A DNA stretch of 64,000 nucleotides from positions 21,638,001-21,702,000 of the forward strand of contig OZ365116.1 of NCBI GenBank assembly GCA_977030845.1, given 5' to 3'. Shown here piece after piece: positions 13,371 to 22,500 of the stretch. The translations under genes were made by a program, and so were the position numbers. Positions within the stretch are counted from its first letter, which is position 1. Every line of letters begins with the position of its first letter. This stretch comes from Fimbriosthenelais zetlandica. Its lineage: Eukaryota. Under the pieces are notes generated by a model. That model was not told the origin of the DNA and did not search any database. It was given only the letters and a program-made list of their open reading frames with translations.

Positions 13371-13470
13371 ATGACAGCAGAACCCGCAGCAAAGGTAGCC
13401 AAGATGGCATCTACATTGGACCAGCTGAAGGATCACACCACTGTGGTGGCTGATACTGGCGATTTTGAAG
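13371..13470 (+). CDS. TALDO1: TALDO1 exon 1 ([33 protein letters not shown])
   Basis: ATG at 13371, donor G|GTTAG at 13471, phase 1. Confidence 0.95.
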
Positions 13471-16036
13471 GTTAGTTTTGGTCATTTTTGTACCGGTGTT
13501 GCAGGCCGCGGCTGTATGGCCCACTCCACCGGCTTCCTCGATCCAAACTCGGCCAGTTAAAATCTAAGTTTAGGCAGTTGACCTTCAGTAAAATATTTGA
13601 CATAGCCGGTTTTAGTGTGACTCAGCATTCCCTCTTCACGCATCACCTTCCTGATTTGACCATATAGTCATTTTTACTGTCCTAAAATGTCATGACACCC
13701 CAATATAAACGGTCTATTGTATTGTACTTTGAACTGAAGCTTCCATGCAGGAAGCGTGTTCACTCTACCATAGATAGTTCAAAATGTTAATAAGGCAGGC
13801 TACTGTAAGGTTGACCTGACTAAGGAGTGGCCCAGTGGTCCCTTGTAATGTATGTTTGTATCGTATTCAGCTTGACTCACGCCTCGTAATTTCCATCCAA
13901 CTAAATAAAATGCATTTACTTCTGTTTCCAATGTAGACCCCTCCTCTGCCCTACCCCCCGGGCCCTGTCACCTTCGTTCATCTAAGACTAAGTACCGTAG
14001 CCTATCACCTGTTTAAAAAATCCAGAAAATAATTCTGGATGTGCTACTAGCCTAATGTCAATGCTTGAATATTATTTTGCAGCCATGAAAAAATACAAAC
14101 CAACTGATGCCACTACCAACCCGTCTCTTATCCTCCAGGCCTCTCAGATTGATAAATATGCCAAGCTTATTGATGAAGCTGTCAGTTATGCCAAAGATAA
14201 ATCAAGGTAAATAAAGTCTGCCATAATTTTTAATACTGTAAAAAAATATGTTATTAATTATGTTAAGAAAAGAATCAGGATTTAAAAGAATATGTGAAAA
14301 ATGTTTAATGATAGGCAGTTCTGTTGGGGGAAGTAGGGTACTATTTTCTAAAATTCCAAAGAAACATTTTATAGGTATTTTAAACCGTTTTTAAAAATTT
14401 AATATTCCTTTGTTAATTTTCAGCGACGTGGAAGAGCAGGTGACCCATGCCATGGATAAACTATTCGTCTTGTTTGGCTCTGAGATTCTGAAGATTGTAC
14501 CAGGCCGAGTGTCTACTGAGGTGGACGCTAGGTAATCCTCACTCCATCTAAACCATCTACCTTGTGAAATTATACACACATTATAGCTTTCTAATATTAG
14601 TGTGACTGCAGTAATATGCCTAGCTCAGGGACATAAATGGACAATTTTCAGTTGGAGACTAAATGAGAGAAAGGGTCCTTATTCATCTACTTCATAAGGC
14701 CCCTGTTTGATATGTTACATTTTATTTTTTGAAGAAGTAAATTGTGTCAAAAGTTGAATATGAGAATTTTTTTCAGGTTATCTTTTGATAAGGAAGCCAT
14801 GGTGCAGCGTGCAGTCAGTCTCATCTCGTTATATAAGGAGGCTGGTATCAGTAAAGACAGGGTGCTCATCAAACTCACCTCATCCTGGGAGGGCATTCAG
14901 GCTGGCAGGTAAACCCACACCAACACTTCTCACCACTATCCATTCCATCAGTCCTTTAACATACATTATTGATGAATATTTATTTATTTATTTATTTTCA
15001 GAGAACTGGAGGAGAAATATGGCATCCACTGTAACATGACTTTGCTCTTTGCCTTCTGTCAGGTGAGATTACTATTTTAAGATTAAAGTTCCCATGAAAT
15101 TAAAAGCAGAGCATTGCCCTCAATGATATTAATATTTATAATCCAAGGTCTGCTTGAAAAATTGCATAGAATTTTGTCATAGAAAGTAAAATCGATTCAA
15201 TGCCCACAATTTGTGTATTGAATGTTTATTTCGTGCATCAGTGGTTAATGTAAGGTCAGATCAAGATTTTGAATTGCCTCTCATTTTTCTTCTAGGCAGT
15301 GGCCTGTGCCGAGGCCGGGGTGACCCTCATCTCCCCCTTTGTAGGAAGGATCTATGACTGGTACGTCAAAAACGGCGACAAGAAAGAGTTTACTCCGCTC
15401 GAGGATCCAGGAGTGAAGAGTGTGACTAAGATCTACAATTATTACAAGAAGTTTGATTACAAGACTGTCGTCATGGGGGCTTCCTTCAGAAATACCGACC
15501 AAATAGAAGCTCTCACTGGTTGTGATCTCTTAACTATAAGGTACATATCAAATTTAAAATATTTTTTAAATTATAAAATTAAACTTTAAAGGCATTTTAT
15601 ATCTAGTATTGCAATCTTAACACTGATAATATGGTGGCACATGAATCAGATAAGTTATTAATCATGAACAAATTTGTTTTTCTAAAGTTGGTATTATCTT
15701 TTAACAGCCCTGGTCTCCTGGAGAAATTGTCAAAGTCGGAAAACAAATTGACAGAACATCTGAATGAAGAAAACGGTAAAAGCAATGAATATCAAACCAA
15801 TTTGGAAAACAATTCAAGACATGGAGGCCTATTATTTTCTTTTACTGAAGATTTTTTTTGTCACATTTGCAGCCAAGAAACTTGACCTGGAGAAAGTTTC
15901 TTTTGATGAGAAGAAGTTCCGCTGGGATTTGAACGAGGACCAGATGTCCACAGAGAAGTTATCTGAAGGTGTGAGGAAGTTTGCAGCTGATGCTATCAAA
16001 CTGGAGAAGATTATCCGGGATAAGCTCTCCAAGTAA
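13371..16036 (+). CDS. TALDO1: Transaldolase, spliced gene with 8 coding exons, 333 aa
   Basis: Exons 13371-13470, 14083-14206, 14424-14531, 14777-14908, 15002-15062, 15296-15540, 15708-15775 and 15873-16036 total 1002 nt. All introns are GT-AG and in phase. The protein has [16 protein letters not shown] (transaldolase signature 1), [10 protein letters not shown], the Schiff-base lysine motif [44 protein letters not shown] and [10 protein letters not shown]. Confidence 0.98.
14083..14206 (+). CDS. TALDO1: TALDO1 exon 2 (..[17 protein letters not shown]..)
   Basis: Acceptor ttttgcag, donor AG|GTAAAT, 124 nt. Confidence 0.97.
14424..14531 (+). CDS. TALDO1: TALDO1 exon 3 (..[27 protein letters not shown])
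   Basis: Acceptor ttttcag, donor AG|GTAATC, 108 nt. Confidence 0.97.
14777..14908 (+). CDS. TALDO1: TALDO1 exon 4 ([25 protein letters not shown])
   Basis: Acceptor tttttcag, donor AG|GTAAAC, 132 nt, carries the catalytic lysine. Confidence 0.97.
15002..15062 (+). CDS. TALDO1: TALDO1 exon 5 ([20 protein letters not shown])
   Basis: Acceptor ttttcag, donor CAG|GTGAGA, 61 nt. Confidence 0.96.
15296..15540 (+). CDS. TALDO1: TALDO1 exon 6 ([26 protein letters not shown])
   Basis: Acceptor tttttcttctag, donor AG|GTACAT, 245 nt; matches ORF 15299-15589. Confidence 0.97.
15708..15775 (+). CDS. TALDO1: TALDO1 exon 7 ([23 protein letters not shown])
   Basis: Acceptor tcttttaacag, donor G|GTAAA, 68 nt. 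Confidence 0.94.
15873..16036 (+). CDS. TALDO1: TALDO1 exon 8 (..[44 protein letters not shown])
   Basis: Acceptor catttgcag, stop TAA ending at 16036. Confidence 0.96.
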
Positions 16037-16805
16037 TGGGCACATTCCAGCAGGATATCCACTACCACCACTGATTATTGACCCAGTCTCTTGAGCTTCA
16101 GGACCGAATTAAACGTGAAGGTCCGGTTTGAGGACAGTGCACAAACTTGAGTAAATAACCAAGGAAATACACGTACAGATTCCCATTACCATCTCTTATA
16201 TAGAGAGAAGTATACTGTAGTTAATCGGATCTTAACTCATAGATGGATCAGGATGATGGCATCCCTCTTTACGGCTTTACTTACATTCATTTAGTCTTAT
16301 TTTTAGAATGTATCTGTTTGTAAGATTTTATGTATTCAAGTGCTTACAGTTCCTGCTCTAAGGACCTCATATTAGGGCATGTCTGCCCATTGTTCCGTTT
16401 AACTTTGAAGTTGTACTGATTAAATATTAAAGTTAAGTTTCTTGTATAATTCGTTAAGGAAATGCCCTGGAGGTATTTGATATATTATGGTAGATCTTCT
16501 CCCATTAACCTTTCTTTATGATTATGTTCAACTGTTTCAGATAGTTAATCATCTTCCAGAACTTGCTGAGAGCTTACATGTTCGGCTCAAGTTTCCTAAT
16601 TTTGGGACCAATTTTCCATTTGTAAATCAAAAATAAATGAGTACGTGGAAATATATTTGTAGTGTTGTAAAAGGACCAATTGGTGAATGTTCTGGACGGC
16701 TTTCACTGCCTATTTTCTGATACTATATATGACTGCACATTCCGTCTTAACGTTCATTTTTATTTTAGATAACTACGAATGTCATGTACCATCCTGTTGA
16801 AGTTG

Positions 16806-16811
16806 AATAAA
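16806..16811 (+). terminator. Probable TALDO1 polyadenylation signal AATAAA
   Basis: AATAAA followed by a GT-rich downstream element (tgttacgttttgtgtt). An alternative AATAAA lies at 16632-16637. Confidence 0.55.
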
Positions 16812-16847
16812 GCATTCAAATGTTACGTTTTGTGTTCCCCTTAAACT

Positions 16848-16899
16848 TTTATTTTCCAGCTAAAATAACAAAAAGCATTTACTTATAAACATCTTTATT
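16848..16899 (-). terminator. Probable SVIP polyadenylation signals (AATAAA on the minus strand)
   Basis: TTTATT on the plus strand at 16894-16899 and 16848-16853, about 1.05 kb past the SVIP stop codon. Confidence 0.45.
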
Positions 16900-17086
16900 A
16901 TAGACAGATATAGTACAAATGTCTACATATATAAATACGGATTTGAAACCCACGTTGGAAACATAATTATGCCAGTTTGTTATTACAAAATTCTGATCAC
17001 TGGAGTCTAAACTTATGGTATCCTCGACAATTTAGGGGACAGTTCATTCGCAGAAAAATATCAACAATCAAAATCTCAAATCAGAA

Positions 17087-17132
17087 AAACATTGCGAAAG
17101 GTTTATCAGAAACATTGCGAAAGGTTTATCAG
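17087..17132. repeat. Exact 23-bp tandem duplication in the SVIP 3-prime UTR region
   Basis: aaacattgcgaaaggtttatcag x2. Confidence 0.9.
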
Positions 17133-17939
17133 TAATATCGCTCGCAATATAAGCCTACAGTAGACGGGAGAAATAACAGCGACATTAGATAGGATACTAA
17201 AATGTCTTGCTAGTAGGAAAATATTTTCAGTATAAGACACCTCTCTCTCCATAAATTTGCATATATGGAAATGAAAATCATATTTTTCTTTTCTATCACA
17301 AGTGACATCCCTTCAGGGCCTATCAAGAGCATAAATGCGTTTCGTCATTAGTTTCGATTATCAGGCATCCATTTGATTGTGCGTAGATCTATGGACATTT
17401 CATTATTACAAGTCGTGGTAAAATATATAGTGAAAAACATGGGTAACAGCTTCATGAGGTGGCAACACAAAATTTATCTAAAAATGCATCTCCAAAAATT
17501 CTTCATGGAGTTGCACGGGTCCTTGTGAAAGACATGTGGGCTTTACCCGATATTATTAACATTAATCTAGAAAAGGGTCTAATTTTTCAGATCAAGTTGA
17601 ACATCAAGTAAATAAATTATGCACAGCTCTCAAAACATGGAAATTTTCAAACATTTTAAAGCGTTTAAAGCCACACGGAATGGAAAGATATGAAGAATAT
17701 ATGATTGCATAATATTATACCATAGTAGATATGCTATCCACAATATTCAAGTTATATTATATATACACATATTTAATGGTACGCCAAAACATTGATGTTG
17801 AAGGCACAGTCTGGTTAGAGGCTGTCATGCATCCCTTCGATTTCTAAATTAGGAATATCAAACAAGCAAACTCCACTGAAAAGAAGCCGGAACTCTAGAG
17901 TACAGTTGTTATCCGCTCTATGAAACCTCAGTTGTTCCG

Positions 17940-17954
17940 TCAACCGACCTGCCA
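17940..17954 (-). CDS. SVIP: SVIP exon 3 (WQVG*)
   Basis: Acceptor tttttatatttttcag followed by TGG CAG GTC GGT TGA. Confidence 0.92.
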   Translation of the reverse strand, partial: WQVG

Positions 17955-19226
17955 CTGAAAAATATAAAAAAGACAAAATATTAGGGTACCGTATGTAAAG
18001 GTCATTACCCAGTTATTCTACCTAATTCTTCAATGACCTGATTGTAATTTAGGTTTATGGAGGCCTACCCTCAATCCATCTCCCTTGTCCGCATTTTCTG
18101 CCCGCTTTTCCATCTCTTCTTGGCGTTTTTGCTTGCGTTTTAGCGCCTCAGGATCTTTGATTCCGCGAGATTCAGTATTTTTCATGCGTTCTTCAGCTGC
18201 TGCGGCTTGTTGGCGGCGTCTAGTAGCCTGTCAGGTGAATGCAAGAAAATTATTAGAAAGGAAAAAAAACATGGGCGATAATAGGGGAATTTCGTATAGG
18301 ACAAGAAACAGAGCTGCCACCTGCTGGTTTCCCACTGAAGTCACAGATAATAATTATCTATGCTGAAGTAAACTTAAAGGCGCGGCGGAGCTAAGTTGAA
18401 TCGCGGCACACAATGACAATGTGGCAGCATCGTCTCTCCACCGTTTTAAAGGGCGAGATAATGGAAGCAGTGTTGTTGTTGTGAGCGTGGTTTGGCCGCT
18501 ATTCAGTGCTGCCACCTTGAGTGCTGCGAGTGAACTGAGCTTCGCCGCCCCTTTACTTCAGTGAGAAGCCACCAGGTGCCAGCACTGTTTCTTGTCGCCA
18601 CCATCAGCGCGCACATGCCGCTGCCGGTTAATGCGGCCGTCGCTTGGAATATTCAGACGATGATTACAGATCTATGAAAGCACCCAAATGAACCAAAATT
18701 GATATCCGTGGGTAGATGTTCTTGAAGATTTCATCGCATGCAAAAGAACAGAGGAAATCTGTCTGAAAACCTGTAAACGGCGAGAGAAAATTGTTGTGGG
18801 CGATAATAGAGGAGTGTAGACAACTTCCCCATCTGGAAACCGCGCGATTGTCAGTTTTCACAACAGCGCGGTTTGGGCCTTCTCTCCTTCGCCCACAAAT
18901 ACCCTCTCGTAGCCTAGAGAGGTTAACCCATCGATGTTTATTTTAAGTAGACATCGATGGGTTAATCAGGCGGTGCCGCCCTCGCGACCCATACGGCAAA
19001 TGAAGGAACTATGGTTAGTTGACTTTCGGCCCCATGCGACTACCCCACCACCGGCAGAAGCGGGAACTAACGCTAAGTTAGGCCCATCGATGGTTAGGAT
19101 TTGAGCAGTGTTTATAGAGTCCCTCATGAGGACAAAGCTTTAAAACTAATACAAAATAATACGTACGGGTGAAGGTTCATTGATGTCACTACTTTCTCCA
19201 TTCAGACATGGCAAACAAGCTCCCAT
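17940..19226 (-). CDS. SVIP: Small VCP/p97-interacting protein, 3 coding exons, 77 aa
   Basis: Exons 19226-19167, 18227-18069 and 17954-17940 total 234 nt and give MGACLPCLNGESSDINEPSP/ATRRRQQAAAAEERMKNTESRGIKDPEALKRKQKRQEEMEKRAENADKGDGLR/WQVG*. Features are an N-terminal MGxCxxC myristoylation/palmitoylation motif, a VIM motif R-x5-AA-x2-R, SRGI, and the C-terminal GLRWxV with a 15-nt last exon as in human SVIP (GLRWTVS). Confidence 0.95.
18069..18227 (-). CDS. SVIP: SVIP exon 2 (VIM and coiled region)
   Basis: Acceptor ctgacag, donor AGG|GTAGGC, 159 nt. Confidence 0.95.
18300..18596. mobile_element. MITE-like fold-back element with long imperfect inverted repeats, in SVIP intron 1
   Basis: The left arm gacaagaaacagagctgccacctgctggtttcccactgaagt..aaaggcgcggcggagctaagtt pairs with the right arm aactgagcttcgccgcccctttacttcagtgagaagccaccaggtgccagcactgtttcttgtc. 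No coding capacity. Superfamily not assigned. Confidence 0.6.
18923..18965. repeat. Perfect 15-bp inverted repeat with TTAA ends (mini piggyBac-like remnant)
   Basis: TTAACCCATCGATGT-ttattttaagtag-ACATCGATGGGTTAA. Confidence 0.75.
19167..19226 (-). CDS. SVIP: SVIP exon 1 (MGACLPCLNGESSDINEPSP)
   Basis: ATG at 19226 (caaaATGG), donor CCC|GTACGT, phase 0. Confidence 0.93.
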
Positions 19227-19471
19227 TTTGACAAAAATCCCAGCGAAATCCAGATGACAGATTCTTGTTTTGAAACGCCCCGGATGTGGTAACTGCCACG
19301 CAGAAAATCTGCCACCCCAACACAAAGATAACCAGACAGTGTTTTTTTGCATTGTCTGTCACTAAAATAAGTCTCTAAGATTTTATCTGTCATAATTTTA
19401 TGTTTCTAGTGCACAAGAACTGAAATAAACCAAAAATGCTCCTTTATTTTTCTACTCCGCAGTAAATACAA
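19227..19471. promoter_or_regulatory. Bidirectional promoter region shared by SVIP and MRPS31
   Basis: 245 bp between divergent ATGs. ETS-like CCGGATGT at 19280-19287 and a YY1-like AAATGGCGGC overlapping the MRPS31 start codon. Confidence 0.7.
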
Positions 19472-19536
19472 ATGGCGGCGTTGGGTTTACACGTGCGGCT
19501 CCTTCTTGCAGCCGCGAAAAGTTTACCAAAACATGG
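19472..19536 (+). CDS. MRPS31: MRPS31 exon 1 (MAALGLHVRLLLAAAKSLPKH)
   Basis: ATGGCG start, donor GG|GTAAGT, phase 2. Confidence 0.88.
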
Positions 19537-22500
19537 GTAAGTGTTGATATTTTCATCGGAAAATAAGTATACCATTAGACTTTTATCTGTAGAATCCGTA
19601 GATAGTGTTGTTATTTACCAATAATGTATTGACATGCTGAAATGAATGAAATATTGGGCTTGACCTTGCCGGTATATTCACACTTGGGCAGTATGGCTGT
19701 TGTATACGCGGCAGAATAACGAGGGTTTCCCCGACCCCTGACCTCACTGTGACGTATTTCTGGGCCCGGGAATTCCCTCCTGCCACTCCAACTGACCTGA
19801 CAACTCCTAGCCTATGTGACCAACGAGTATAGAATTTCTATACTCGTTGATGTGACGGACAAATCTCGTACATGTAGCTTTAGGACTGTCTCTACTCTAG
19901 CATCTCAACCCATAGACCATACGTAGATATCAAATACAACTTACAAGGACTTCCAACACCAAGTGAACCCTCAACCTGCACAAGCCTAGTGCGTTTAATA
20001 CTGGTGTCAGAAAGGGATTTACTTTGTTGGAATTTCAAATGTTTGTTGCATAATTGACTTCACGGTTCGGTGCACACACTGGTGACCCGGTGGGATCACA
20101 TACCGGAGGCCATACCTGGACACTGCAAACTGTATACACATTGACTTGAATTGAAGTTTAAGTTGTTGGCTGTGGCACTGTTCCTTTAAAGTGTGATTTT
20201 TTAGCCTCATTATTTCTACTGTACTTATTCAGAAGGCCTATATTCGTGAAGAACACGGGCATTACCTTCTGGACTGTCAGGCGACTTTTGTCGGACGATG
20301 TGAAAGGCGAGGGGGAGGAACCATCAATTGAACTTTCTAAACCACTAGGACGAAAATCTCTGGCAGAAAAATTGGGCAGCAGCAAAGGTGGAAATAGTAG
20401 CAGCTCAGAATCCAGCAGGTAGGCCCTAAATAACATGTTTGATATCTTTGAATTGCATTGACAATGCTTCTACTTCGCAGAAAATGTGTATACATATTAT
20501 TTAAAAGTTTATTTTTAACTCGTTATTTTTATATCAGAGCCTTTGGTATTTTGTATAATATATTGCTGAGACCTATTACAGTTTTTCTTTACAGTAATTT
20601 ATTACTAAACGTTTAGTTTAAAATGAATAAGAAAAAATCATAATAGGGTTAGGTAGCTTCCATGGCTTTCCAAACTGACCTAAATATAATTAATGTACAA
20701 ACAATGCTTACGTATCTTATATTAAGGTATTGTTGATTTTTTGCCCAGTGATTCCGACTCGGACATTGATGGTGAAATGGTGTCTGCTGCGCAGAATGTA
20801 GCTGAAAGTCTAGATGGAGACACACAACAGATCAAGTCAGACCTGTTACAGCAGTTACGAGCCCACCAACAGAATACACTGGAGCAGAAAGATGCACAGA
20901 CTCCCAAATCTGACTGGGGGTAAGTTGTATCTGCATTTTTATTTCACAAAATTAGATATTCCACTCCATTCTGTCTTAAAATCAACTTTTAGTGTTGAGA
21001 AAATTCTGAAATTAATGAGAATTGTCAGTAGGTTTATTTGTTTGCTGATTGTCTTTTACTTTGCCTCACACTTTTGATTATAATCTACAGTAATCTGATG
21101 GGTGGAATGAAAATCGCTCAAAAACCGCGTCGAGGCAGGCGACCACCAAGACGAGAAGAGGGCTCTGAGAGTGAGAGGAGAGATGAGGGCAGTATATCAG
21201 GTCGCTACCGCCAGGTGGCCAGCGAGGAACAAGGTGTATTTGCTGACATCAAGCGTGATGTCCGCCGCAAAACTCCATCTGAACGGTAAAAAAAAAGACA
21301 TTTTATTTCTACAATTTATAAATAATCCATTAGTTTAATTGAGTTAGAAAGGTGTCAGCACTGAGGCGTGATTTTACGTTTGTCAACCAGGTGTTTGTAC
21401 CGGTCCCTGTTAATTCAGCTGACTTTCACAAGGTGTCAGCACTGAGGCATGCTTCCCTTTTCACCAATATCTGAAGGTGAATCTGTTCCAACAACTTCTA
21501 TGAACTTTTTTTTTGTAGGGGAACCCATGTGGTGAATTTGAAGCTTTTTGATTCACCCGCCCTCGGCATCTTTACTGGAAAAAGCTCAGAGACCAAAGTT
21601 CAAGGTATATATAACCTTTTTACTTCCTGTTTAATCCATACCCTTCAGTCAAACTTTTTTTCTCAAAGAAGGTATGTTTCATGATATCATTATGGTTAAC
21701 CAGTCAAATTCTCTTCTCCAAACTGACTGAAAAATTATAGTTTAGAAGTGGATTCGCTTATCTATACTGATTCATACCATTGATTTATATTTTTAGTCGA
21801 AGTAGGCGCCTCCAAATTCACTCAGCTACAGAACCAAGAGAATATCAAAGATGTCACCTTTCCTCCCGAAAATGCCTTCTCTGAACAAATTCGATGGACA
21901 GAAAAAGGAATCCTGTGGAAATTCCCCATCGACAATGAGCAAGGTAAGTTCATTTAATTCTGTAACTAATCAAAGCTTATTTTCCAGCCTTTTTTCCAGC
22001 TATTTTGTGGGGAACAAAAGACTTTTTTTTCAGCTGTTTAATACAATGATATCACCTTGTGTTAATATTATATGTGAGTTTTATTTTAATCATTATTGTA
22101 CAATGCTTTTGTGATGTGAAATATACTAATGTATTTTCCGGTGTGACAGGGGTCATGTACTTACTAATGTAGTTCATTTTAAAGTTGAACATGTGTTCAA
22201 GAGGTTTTACTTTCACAATTAACAATAGGGTTCTCCTGCTCTAGAAGCTAGCAGCAGTTATCCTAAATCCTGACTCACGCGTGCTTACAAGTCTGACTAA
22301 CTCACTTGTTCTTTACTTGGTGCACTAATATATTGGCTGGGATTTCTACTTAACATTTGTTGTATTGTCCAGTCCACATACTGGGAAATATTTTACTTTT
22401 CTTGCCTGTTATAAGTTGATTTTAAATGATTTATATTGGTGAAATATCGGGAAACATGTTAATTATTGTTAAAGTTGAAGAATCTTATTGTCCAACGCCT

